The notes beneath the pieces are model-generated. The model had not been told where the DNA came from. It saw only the letters and a program-made list of their open reading frames with translations, and did no database searches. Shown one piece after another: positions 9,188 to 16,897 of a stretch of DNA of 64,000 nt (position 1 is the stretch's first letter; each line of letters starts with the position of its first letter). Source of the stretch: a virus; the IMG/VR virus record IMGVR_UViG_2799112719_000001; one strand, given 5' to 3'. The translations under genes were made by a program, and so were the position numbers.

Positions 9188-9673
9188 TCAAAACTTTTTC
9201 CATTCATCTTCGCATGGTAGCAGTTCTGGGTTGTCGATGACATTGCCGATGACTGTCAGCGAACTGTCTTTCAGATCTTCGCTCGGTATGCTGCTGGGAG
9301 CAAGTTTCCAGGGTGCCAATGGTCCATACTTTCCACATCTACTGATGAAGAAACCATCAATGCCCCATTTTATCAGTCCATGAGTGGTGTGGCTTCCGGC
9401 ACTCCAGGCATCCACAATGTCGCCCTCATAGACTCGCTTCCCTGTCTTATCCTTGGTGCCGACATATTGCCCGACGGTGTTAGGATCTACGGTGTGCCAG
9501 TAGCCACCTTTGCTACGTTCTCCTGGCTCATCGTTGAAAATGCTGGGTATCTCTTTGAAGCCAGTCACTTCGTCGTGGTTATCAGTCATAGCGATATGGA
9601 GTGGGGCATAGAATCCTTTTATCCATTCGCCGGTCTTGATGTCTTTACCTCTAAATCGAATTTCTCTTCTCAT
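9188..9673 (-). CDS. YopX-family protein
   Basis: MRREIRFRGK...GQYVGTKDKTGKRVYEGDIV is a typical YopX motif. Start moved to M16 so it does not overlap the upstream Zn-ribbon ORF. Confidence 0.7.
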   Translation of the reverse strand: MRREIRFRGKDIKTGEWIKGFYAPLHIAMTDNHDEVTGFKEIPSIFNDEPGERSKGGYWHTVDPNTVGQYVGTKDKTGKRVYEGDIVDAWSAGSHTTHGLIKWGIDGFFISRCGKYGPLAPWKLAPSSIPSEDLKDSSLTVIGNVIDNPELLPCEDEWKKF

Positions 9674-9678
9674 AGTTA

Positions 9679-9846
9679 TTACTTTTTGATTAGTTCGTGC
9701 GCGTCGTAGCCGCACCATGTGCAGATGCCGAGAGCGACGTTAGGCGCATAGTTTTCTTTGCCACATTTGGGGCAGCGGATGAGCAGTAGGGTGTCTGTGT
9801 CCTCGTAGTGCTCAACACCAGGTGCTAAAATCTTTGGCTTACTCAT
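9679..9846 (-). CDS. small Zn-ribbon protein (55 aa)
   Basis: Hand-translated as MSKPKILAPGVEHYEDTDTLLLIRCPKCGKENYAPNVALGICTWCGYDAHELIKK, with two CxxC pairs. Confidence 0.5.
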   Translation of the reverse strand: MSKPKILAPGVEHYEDTDTLLLIRCPKCGKENYAPNVALGICTWCGYDAHELIKK

Positions 9847-9858
9847 AATTTGATGAAT

Positions 9859-10113
9859 TTATAAAAACCAGTGATGAAGTTGACTCTCCATGATAACGTC
9901 TCGCAGTCCGTCGATATATACATAGACACCAGCAGCTGTAACTTTGCGGATGGTGGCCGTCATGCCATTGTCTGAATGAATGACATCGCCAGGCTTCAGA
10001 TCATCGACTGTGAGCGGTGTATGTTCCACCTCTGCAATATTTATCATCGGTGGCTCACTGTTTGTCTTTATCGGCTCTTGGTAGAGCTGGGTGATAATCA
10101 ACTTCTTTGTCAT
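9859..10113 (-). CDS. hypothetical protein
   Basis: 84-aa ORF with the TCATnAA leader. Confidence 0.55.
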   Translation of the reverse strand: MTKKLIITQLYQEPIKTNSEPPMINIAEVEHTPLTVDDLKPGDVIHSDNGMTATIRKVTAAGVYVYIDGLRDVIMESQLHHWFL

Positions 10114-10124
10114 AAATTGATGAA

Positions 10125-10634
10125 TTATTGAATTGATGGAATACCTGCGCTTCTGAGTGCGCTGGCGGTCATGCGCCGGTAGTCATTTTCTAAGAGTCGT
10201 TTAACGACGCGATACGCCTTCCAGAACCATTTAGTACGAGGATAGCCGCCGTGGGTTGTTATCTTATAGATGAAGTCTATCTGATAGTTTACCATACGTT
10301 TCTCTTTGTCCTCATCGAAATGCGTCTCAGGATCGTAGTTGATGACCTCGATGTGCTTAAACACTTTCTTGATCTTACGAGGGTAGCGTGTCTTTGGAAA
10401 CATTTTCTTGCGTATCTTTTTGAACTGTTGTTTTGTTACCTCCTGAGTAAAAGAGGCTGTCATGTGGAATCCGTTGTTAGGCTGCCACTCTCCTGGCTGT
10501 GAGTAGTCGTGTTCGTCTGCACTTACAAGATGAATGTGGTCGGGAATTTTGTCCGGCACCAAAATCATTCGTTTTGTCTCGGCAATCTTCACTACCTGCT
10601 CCCTGGGTATTATGTAAACCTTATGTTCGCTCAT
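10125..10634 (-). CDS. hypothetical protein
   Basis: 169-aa ORF, tightly packed in the operon. Confidence 0.6.
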   Translation of the reverse strand: MSEHKVYIIPREQVVKIAETKRMILVPDKIPDHIHLVSADEHDYSQPGEWQPNNGFHMTASFTQEVTKQQFKKIRKKMFPKTRYPRKIKKVFKHIEVINYDPETHFDEDKEKRMVNYQIDFIYKITTHGGYPRTKWFWKAYRVVKRLLENDYRRMTASALRSAGIPSIQ

Positions 10635-10858
10635 AATTTATTTTTTTTGTATTCAATACCGGCATTGATGCCAGTGGATAAGAGCCTTTTCACGAAGGCT
10701 TTGAACTCTGTTTCTTCCATGAGGCAAACAGTATGGAAACCTTTGTGTTGGTTTCCTCTCTTGGTGCCGATGGCCTCTATCATATTCCACTCGCTGTTTG
10801 TGACATGTTCAACGTCCTCTTCCAGTTCCTTTGGTATGATGATTTCTTCCTTTGCCAT
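10631..10858 (-). CDS. hypothetical protein
   Basis: 75-aa ORF with a 4-nt overlap to the next gene. Its start codon lies inside the 111-bp repeat. Confidence 0.5.
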   Translation of the reverse strand: MAKEEIIIPKELEEDVEHVTNSEWNMIEAIGTKRGNQHKGFHTVCLMEETEFKAFVKRLLSTGINAGIEYKKNKL

Positions 10859-10961
10859 ATCGTTTCACTTTATACTTGGTTTTACCTTTTAGATGTCGGT
10901 AGTACCTGTAATCAGCAGGTATTTCAAATTCCTTTGAGCGGAAGTAGTCTATTGCAATCAT
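10809..10961 (-). CDS. small basic ORF, copy 1 (50 aa)
   Basis: MIAIDYFRSKEFEIPADYRYYRHLKGKTKYKVKRYGK... has an ATGA overlap with the upstream stop. Its first 37 codons are duplicated at 12842-12952. Confidence 0.35.
   Translation of the reverse strand: MIAIDYFRSKEFEIPADYRYYRHLKGKTKYKVKRYGKGRNHHTKGTGRGR
10851..10961. repeat. 111-bp direct repeat, copy 1
   Basis: 103/111 identical to 12842-12952. Confidence 0.85.
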
Positions 10962-11452
10962 GGGCAAATCATTCTTTTTAGATGGTCTAATGCTGCATTG
11001 ATTTCGTGGATGTTGTCATTATTGCTTTCCCCATACATACGCAGCAGCTCTTTCACACGCTGTTTGAAGGCTCTGTTTGGATGGTGAATCACTTTCATTT
11101 CGCTTCCGTCGGTTCCTTTCTCTACGACGATGTGCAGGCCGGAAATGATCTCTGCCAGTTCCTCTTTCGACACTTCACGCACAAAGATGCCGGCAATCTC
11201 GGTATAGCGGTATGTGTTGCCGTTTTCAATGACTGTCACGTTCCACTCAGGGCAGCAGCCTGGCTTTGATGGTGGGTACTTGAAAATCTGTTTGATGGTA
11301 ACAACATTGCTGAAGATGTCAACAACCTTTTGGCCTACCTCAAAGAGAAACGGTTTTACGCTTGTAATGGCGTAGTCCTCTTCTTTATTCCATTTGTCCC
11401 TGGCAATTACTGCACTGCCATCTTCTCGGACGTTTATTGAGTATTCTAACAT
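10958..11452 (-). CDS. hypothetical protein
   Basis: 164-aa ORF. Confidence 0.6.
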   Translation of the reverse strand: MLEYSINVREDGSAVIARDKWNKEEDYAITSVKPFLFEVGQKVVDIFSNVVTIKQIFKYPPSKPGCCPEWNVTVIENGNTYRYTEIAGIFVREVSKEELAEIISGLHIVVEKGTDGSEMKVIHHPNRAFKQRVKELLRMYGESNNDNIHEINAALDHLKRMICP

Positions 11453-11463
11453 GAATTTATGAG

Positions 11464-11892
11464 TTAATGATTCTTTTTTACATCGCGGGTCTGATAACTA
11501 CGGATGCCTGTGTAGATGGTTCCGAGTTGGTCTTTCCCTATTTTATTGCGGAGATATTCTTTTGATAGTTGTACGATATAGCAGCCGCAATGGTTTTCGT
11601 TGGCTTTTATTTCTGTAATGCTGAATCCCCATCGACGCAATAAGCGTAAGGCGATATTGAGATTCTTCTGACTATTGAATCGTATTCCGCAAGTTGGATC
11701 AAGTACGATTTTTCCTGCATAGTCTGGATTGAGAATGATGTTTTGTATAAACACTATTCCATGTTTGGAAAAATCCTCTACGAGCATTTGCCTAAACTCA
11801 GAGACAGGAAACAGCTCTCTTTTTTGTTGCATCCTTGCCCTGAAGCATTCATCCATTAAATAGGTGTTCATAATTACTATTCTTTTAACCAT
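11464..11892 (-). CDS. hypothetical protein
   Basis: 142-aa ORF. An alternative start at 11871 would avoid overlapping the GNAT gene. Confidence 0.55.
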   Translation of the reverse strand: MVKRIVIMNTYLMDECFRARMQQKRELFPVSEFRQMLVEDFSKHGIVFIQNIILNPDYAGKIVLDPTCGIRFNSQKNLNIALRLLRRWGFSITEIKANENHCGCYIVQLSKEYLRNKIGKDQLGTIYTGIRSYQTRDVKKNH

Positions 11893-12233
11893 TTACACAT
11901 AGCTACACATTTGCCTTTGGTGTGTTCGCAGTTATCGTTGTAGATGTTGAAACCGAGTCTGCGATACCAGTCAATAAGGAATGTCCCTTTGCGGGCATCG
12001 AGATAGATGCTACCCAAGTCCAACTTGCGGGCAAAGGCTTCCACCTCTTTCATCAGAGCGGTACCAATGCCCTGTTGTCTGTCGGTCTCGAATACCATGA
12101 GCGAATTGATATATCCGGCGCGAGGGGTTTCGTCATCGAGTGACAACTTGACCATCGCCCTGCCGTCCGATGTGATGAAGGTATAGCTCTTTCCCCACCA
12201 CCAAAGATTTTCGTGTAGTATTATTTCCTTCAT
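11877..12233 (-). CDS. GNAT-family N-acetyltransferase
   Basis: RQQGIGTALMKEVEAFARKL matches the acetyl-CoA binding motif Q/RxxGxG/A. Confidence 0.7.
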   Translation of the reverse strand: MKEIILHENLWWWGKSYTFITSDGRAMVKLSLDDETPRAGYINSLMVFETDRQQGIGTALMKEVEAFARKLDLGSIYLDARKGTFLIDWYRRLGFNIYNDNCEHTKGKCVAMCKWLKE

Positions 12234-12640
12234 TCTTCTTCCTTATTTACTTTGGACCTAAAATCTAATGGGTTTAGTTTACGAGGTTTTTTTAGAGCCA
12301 GAATGAGATCATCGGCGTATGAGACTGCATCCTGTGCTATACACTGCCCCATGGTCTTGAATCCCTCTCGATATGCTCTTTGGTGCATTTGTTCCAGGAG
12401 TTGTGTATTGATGCAGCAGGCATTCAGGATGGCTTGCATGGCTTTTCCAGCAAATTGAGGGCGATACTGATCATAGTCTATATTGTCTATCAATTCCACT
12501 TCGTCAGGGGATAATGGCTCTCCCATGCCTTCCAGCAGCACACGTCCATCTTCCAGAATTTTCTTCACAGGCATGGTAATGCCGGAGCTGATGATGCGCC
12601 CCTTCAGTGGTTCGTCGTAAAAGTTTAACGTATTAGTCAT
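12230..12640 (-). CDS. hypothetical protein
   Basis: 136-aa ORF with 4-nt overlaps at both ends. Confidence 0.6.
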   Translation of the reverse strand: MTNTLNFYDEPLKGRIISSGITMPVKKILEDGRVLLEGMGEPLSPDEVELIDNIDYDQYRPQFAGKAMQAILNACCINTQLLEQMHQRAYREGFKTMGQCIAQDAVSYADDLILALKKPRKLNPLDFRSKVNKEEE

Positions 12641-12849
12641 AATCCTATAGTTATTTGTTCATGTTTCTTTTTCAGTTCATCTTCTTTTCTTAGTCTTCGA
12701 GGCAGGTCCACGTTGTAAATGGTGGTTGCAACTTCTGATAATGGCAGCATCAGGTTTCGGGCTGTTTGTTCAATATCTCTGCATCGACGATACTCTGAGC
12801 ATATCTTGCCTATCCATCTTTCAGCGGACGTTCTTTTTCGCTTTGCCAT
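12637..12849 (-). CDS. hypothetical protein
   Basis: 70-aa basic ORF. Its start codon lies inside copy 2 of the 111-bp repeat. Confidence 0.5.
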   Translation of the reverse strand: MAKRKRTSAERWIGKICSEYRRCRDIEQTARNLMLPLSEVATTIYNVDLPRRLRKEDELKKKHEQITIGL

Positions 12850-12952
12850 ATCGTTTTACTTTATACTTGGTTTTACCATTCAGATGTTTGTAGTACCTGT
12901 AATCAGCAGGCTTTTCAAATTCCTTTGAGCGGAAATAGTCTATTGCAATCAT
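12821..12952 (-). CDS. small basic ORF, copy 2 (43 aa)
   Basis: MIAIDYFRSKEFEKPADYRYYKHLNGKTKYKVKRYGKAKKNVR, with an ATGA overlap to the upstream stop. Confidence 0.35.
   Translation of the reverse strand: MIAIDYFRSKEFEKPADYRYYKHLNGKTKYKVKRYGKAKKNVR
12842..12952. repeat. 111-bp direct repeat, copy 2
   Basis: 103/111 identical to 10851-10961. Confidence 0.85.
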
Positions 12953-13362
12953 TCCTGTTCGTTTTCGCAGTTAATCTGTCTGATACGCTCTTCGCAGATA
13001 TGGATGATCTTCTCGTAGTCGAGCAGACGGCTTTCACCCTGTTTGGTACGGAGCACGCGCTTTACGATGTCTGCATCCCAGGGGTTCAGGTTCCAGTCAA
13101 TCCATATCGACCAGGGCTGAATGACATGCTGGCTGTAGTCGCTATTGCCACGATTGTAGGCCCGTACACTGGTATTCAGTATGCCGACACGCGCCAGTTT
13201 CTTATATTCCTCCCAACTGATAATCTTGTGTTCGGGATGACTATCGAGCAGTTCAGCAGCTATCTCCAGAGCAATCTTTATGTCCTGGTCGCTACATTTA
13301 CTCTTTCCGTCTTCATACAGGACAGATGTCCTGATAATCTGTGCAGCTTCTTTGTTTGTCAT
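12949..13362 (-). CDS. DUF3310-like protein
   Basis: VIQPWSIWIDWNLNPWDADIVKRVLRTK resembles the DUF3310 signature (IxP.d.i....l.f..gnviKYv.R). Confidence 0.5.
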   Translation of the reverse strand: MTNKEAAQIIRTSVLYEDGKSKCSDQDIKIALEIAAELLDSHPEHKIISWEEYKKLARVGILNTSVRAYNRGNSDYSQHVIQPWSIWIDWNLNPWDADIVKRVLRTKQGESRLLDYEKIIHICEERIRQINCENEQE

Positions 13363-13365
13363 AAT

Positions 13366-13704
13366 CTATTTTGCTTCAATGATGATACGTTTTACATTTC
13401 CTTTTTTGTCCTTTTCGCAATGATAGGTAAGTTCGCATTCTTCATACAGCCATCGGCGCATGTTCTCTTTACTCTCCAGCAGGAAACGAATCATGGCATA
13501 GCCTGCCAACTTGCGATATTGCGCTTCCAAGGGGAAATAGTCGTAGTGCTCCTGGCCGTCATCAAGTGCCGGATTCTTTGGCTTGCATCCACGTTTAACG
13601 GCAGGGGTAATGGAAAAAGCCCAATCGTGTTGCAGCTTTTCCAATACCTTCCTGGCACCGTTAATCTCGAATGATTCTATCAGTAGTTGGTTCATTCTTT
13701 CCAT
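13366..13704 (-). CDS. hypothetical protein
   Basis: 112-aa ORF. Confidence 0.6.
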   Translation of the reverse strand: MERMNQLLIESFEINGARKVLEKLQHDWAFSITPAVKRGCKPKNPALDDGQEHYDYFPLEAQYRKLAGYAMIRFLLESKENMRRWLYEECELTYHCEKDKKGNVKRIIIEAK

Positions 13705-14417
13705 TCTTTAATATGAAACCCGTCTGCTATCAGGTTACGCTCGAATATCTCAGCTCGCTCGGTATCTTTGTCATAATAGATGTTATACCGTTCACCACCT
13801 TGCTCTGAGCAGTCTGTCATCAGAATATATCCGCGACGCAGGGCATTGTAGCGGTGGGATGTCTGACTCTTAGTGTACTTACACATGACGATGTGTAGTT
13901 TGGTCTTACGGTCCAGTCCGTAGGTCACTCTCAGTATCTCCTTACGATGAGCCTCTTTTCTGGACTGACTTTTTCGCTGCATCCATTGGCGGTATTTCTT
14001 GGGATTCTCCCGTGCCATAATCCGTGCAGGATGCTCACGCTTGCCTTCGCGTATCTCTTGCCACATTTGGGCGGTAGCTCTCTTGCAGGCATCGCTTGGC
14101 TGTTTGCCCTTCAGTGAGGCGTAGTAGCCGTTACGTTTGCATACTTTCTTTACCTGTGCTGCCTGTCGCCTCTTGATGCCCTGGAGTCCTTTCTCGCTCT
14201 TTTGCAGTCCCATTTCACGGGCAAAGCGGTGGAGCGTCGAATGGCTTAGTCCGCTGGCCTGCATGATGCAGGAGTTTTCTATCTCAGGAAACCATTTGCG
14301 TAGCCATGCCGTTTGTGCTTCATTCAGCACAATCTTTTTGGTGATACCGGCCATGTTGCGCCCCGATGGGACGGTCTGCATGGTGATGGTGCCTGGGAAT
14401 GGTTCTATCTTTTTCAT
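13692..14417 (-). CDS. putative HTH DNA-binding protein
   Basis: 241 aa, very basic, with the HTH-like segment ASGLSHSTLHRFAREMGL. Confidence 0.5.
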   Translation of the reverse strand: MKKIEPFPGTITMQTVPSGRNMAGITKKIVLNEAQTAWLRKWFPEIENSCIMQASGLSHSTLHRFAREMGLQKSEKGLQGIKRRQAAQVKKVCKRNGYYASLKGKQPSDACKRATAQMWQEIREGKREHPARIMARENPKKYRQWMQRKSQSRKEAHRKEILRVTYGLDRKTKLHIVMCKYTKSQTSHRYNALRRGYILMTDCSEQGGERYNIYYDKDTERAEIFERNLIADGFHIKEWKE

Positions 14418-14476
14418 TGTCGGTTATCAAAATGGGGTAGGTCAGCAGCGCGTGACAGAGGTACTGATGAGTTGTT

Positions 14477-14899
14477 TTAATACTCTGGCAAATTCCCAAT
14501 GATAACATCCATTTCTTCTGAGATAAGGCGTTTTTCCTCTTCGTCACCTGTGCAGATGGCCTTAGTCATGTTACATTGAACTTCCGTAAGGTGCAGGATG
14601 GCTGTCTTTATCTCTTCAATAGGATCTTCTTCGTATGGATTTGGAAAGTCCCATCTGACAACAATCGTGTCTTTGATGTTTTCATTCACTTTGAATCCCT
14701 GTTTACTCAGGAAGAAAACGAGGCGCATGTAGTTCTCATCAATGTTCTCAGCAGGGGTGCCGATGAGATTGATTTCACATTCTGTTTCACCTTTGGCAGC
14801 AGCATCTTTTATCTGCTGGATGATGTTCTTTACCCAATCCTGTTTGCTAATGGCAATGCAGGTCATTTCTTGAATCTCTTGTAAATTGAAAGTTTCCAT
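14477..14899 (-). CDS. hypothetical acidic protein
   Basis: 140-aa ORF with the TCATnAA leader. Confidence 0.6.
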   Translation of the reverse strand: METFNLQEIQEMTCIAISKQDWVKNIIQQIKDAAAKGETECEINLIGTPAENIDENYMRLVFFLSKQGFKVNENIKDTIVVRWDFPNPYEEDPIEEIKTAILHLTEVQCNMTKAICTGDEEEKRLISEEMDVIIGNLPEY

Positions 14900-14918
14900 A
14901 ATTTTATGAATTTATGAG

Positions 14919-15155
14919 TTAATGAGTTTTCTTACAGGGGCAATTAGCATAGTGCTCATAAGTCCAGTTGCTATATAGCCCTGGGCGTGAAGCCATATAG
15001 AGGTGCCCATTCTTTTTTGCTATGCAGTAGGTGTTGTATTCCTCTACAATCTCGAAGCCGTCATGTTCGAGGTCGTATTCTTCGCAGTGTTGTAAAACTA
15101 CTGCCAGAATAACCAGGAAGGCGATAACCATAATGACTTTGACAATCTTATCCAT
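14919..15155 (-). CDS. small membrane protein
   Basis: N-terminal TM helix VIMVIAFLVILAVVL. Confidence 0.5.
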   Translation of the reverse strand: MDKIVKVIMVIAFLVILAVVLQHCEEYDLEHDGFEIVEEYNTYCIAKKNGHLYMASRPGLYSNWTYEHYANCPCKKTH

Positions 15156-15167
15156 GCTGATGTATAT

Positions 15168-15626
15168 TTATGGTATAACACACAAATCTATGCCCATTGG
15201 GTCATGTTCATCGCAATATGCTTTGCATTCTTCGAGAGTGCCGCTGAATGGATATTCGTGTTCGTGGTGATTCCAGACAGCGTGAGTCTTTGCCTTGGCC
15301 AGTTTATCCTTAAAATCCTGACTGTTTACGTCCATGTAAGCACGAAGTTTTAGTGCATCGTGAGGATTAAAGTGTAATGATGGCGTTTTGTCGATGATTT
15401 CTTTCATCACGGCCCAATAGGTGTTTTGTTCCCATTTGTTAGCAGGACGTGCGCGACCATCTGCACGGGTTACAGCCTTGCGCTCTACGATGTCAATGCC
15501 ATTAAAGGAAAAGATCTGCTTATTGTTTCTTGGATTCAGTCCGAGAGACATAAATACACAGTTGCTTCCCTGTATTCTCATCAGAGTGCCAGGGCGATAT
15601 ATTCGCTTGTAATTTCTATTCTTCAT
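15168..15626 (-). CDS. hypothetical protein
   Basis: Start moved to MKNRNYKRIY, which follows the TCATnAA leader and the upstream stop. Confidence 0.55.
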   Translation of the reverse strand: MKNRNYKRIYRPGTLMRIQGSNCVFMSLGLNPRNNKQIFSFNGIDIVERKAVTRADGRARPANKWEQNTYWAVMKEIIDKTPSLHFNPHDALKLRAYMDVNSQDFKDKLAKAKTHAVWNHHEHEYPFSGTLEECKAYCDEHDPMGIDLCVIP

Positions 15627-15630
15627 AAAT

Positions 15631-16194
15631 TTATGAATTGATGATTTCCTCAATAGGTTTGTCACTCTTTACACCGACGATGATCTCAGCGGTCACGGTG
15701 TCCTGGTGAACATCCTCGAAGTCGTGGTGAATCTCTACCAGTTCGGTGTCTCTGATGCTTTCCATGAGTTCCTGTTTGGCCACCGTTTCCATGTAGTGAA
15801 GGCGACGGTTACGCTCCATTTCGTCGAATCCCGTCAGGAATGACTTTTCTCTCTTCATCGTACTTCTGAGGATTTCCATACGGACGTGTTGACCGTTAAT
15901 CTGAATCATGGGATTGTTACGGAATGGATCTTGCATTTCAGTGAGTTCCCTGGTTAGCTTCGCATTCTGCTCTACCAGCACTTTGCCACCCTCGTAAAGT
16001 GATTCATTCTCCTGCTTCAGCCGTCTGTTCCAAACTCTGAAAGCAAAGTTTGACAGGATAATCAGGAAATAGAGTAGGTCGAGAATGGTGTGATAGGTGT
16101 CGCCCTTGATATAGGCTGCCACCGATATAGCCAACAGTCCTACGATAAGCAGGATGTTGAACGTCCAGAAGCAAATAGTCTTTACTCTCTTCAT
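15631..16194 (-). CDS. membrane protein with coiled-coil domain
   Basis: Start moved to MKRVKTICFW, after the upstream stop at 16200. Two TM helices followed by a coiled coil. Confidence 0.55.
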   Translation of the reverse strand: MKRVKTICFWTFNILLIVGLLAISVAAYIKGDTYHTILDLLYFLIILSNFAFRVWNRRLKQENESLYEGGKVLVEQNAKLTRELTEMQDPFRNNPMIQINGQHVRMEILRSTMKREKSFLTGFDEMERNRRLHYMETVAKQELMESIRDTELVEIHHDFEDVHQDTVTAEIIVGVKSDKPIEEIINS

Positions 16195-16199
16195 AATGA

Positions 16200-16676
16200 T
16201 TACTTGATGATAGGTTTCTCTACTGTGCGCCACCATACTTTTTCAAACTCCGGCTCACAGATAATTTCTTCTGCACCTTCATAGTCCCAGACATGGAAGA
16301 ATGGGGCCTTGATGCCTTTGCTCTTGATATGGTCGTTACTGACAAACTTTCCGTAACGGATGGTGTCATCCTCTTCTGTATAGACAGCAACGCGATCACC
16401 TACCGTCGGTGGTAGCTCTGATGCTTTCATCCATGGCCAGTGGTGGATAGGTCGCTTGATCTGAATGTCGGTGCCGGCTGTCGGGCCTCCGTCGGCATCA
16501 CAGGTGTAACGCTGGCTCTTATCGCCCTCGCTAACTATCATGTGGACTTTTGAGCGGTGCCAGTGCTCGATGCAGCTCTTTGCCCAATCCTCTACGAAAG
16601 CCTGCTGTTGCTGTGCATCGGCGGCTTCCTCATTGTCTTCATACCAGGTGGTAGTTCTTAATTCGTACTTTGCCAT
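16200..16676 (-). CDS. hypothetical protein
   Basis: 158-aa ORF. Confidence 0.6.
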   Translation of the reverse strand: MAKYELRTTTWYEDNEEAADAQQQQAFVEDWAKSCIEHWHRSKVHMIVSEGDKSQRYTCDADGGPTAGTDIQIKRPIHHWPWMKASELPPTVGDRVAVYTEEDDTIRYGKFVSNDHIKSKGIKAPFFHVWDYEGAEEIICEPEFEKVWWRTVEKPIIK

Positions 16677-16678
16677 AA

Positions 16679-16870
16679 TTATAGGTGTCTTTTGGTCATC
16701 TGTTTCTCCAGACGTTCTTTCATGGCTTTGGCCGTTACAACAGCCCTGTCATGTTCTTTGGGGTCACGAAGCAGCTTGCAGATGCGGTTTACCTGTTGGG
16801 GTGTCACCACCATTTCCGTAGCGGTGTTGATGGTAACACTCCCGCCAGTGATAGGATATTCTTTTTGCAT
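16679..16870 (-). CDS. hypothetical protein
   Basis: 63-aa ORF with the TCATnAA leader. Confidence 0.5.
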   Translation of the reverse strand: MQKEYPITGGSVTINTATEMVVTPQQVNRICKLLRDPKEHDRAVVTAKAMKERLEKQMTKRHL

Positions 16871-16897
16871 TTAATGAATTGATGAATCTATGAATGA

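Noticed and set aside
12925-13674. 249-aa plus-strand ORF
   Set aside because: It is antisense to two tightly packed minus-strand genes in a uniformly minus-strand operon. It has no leader or promoter.
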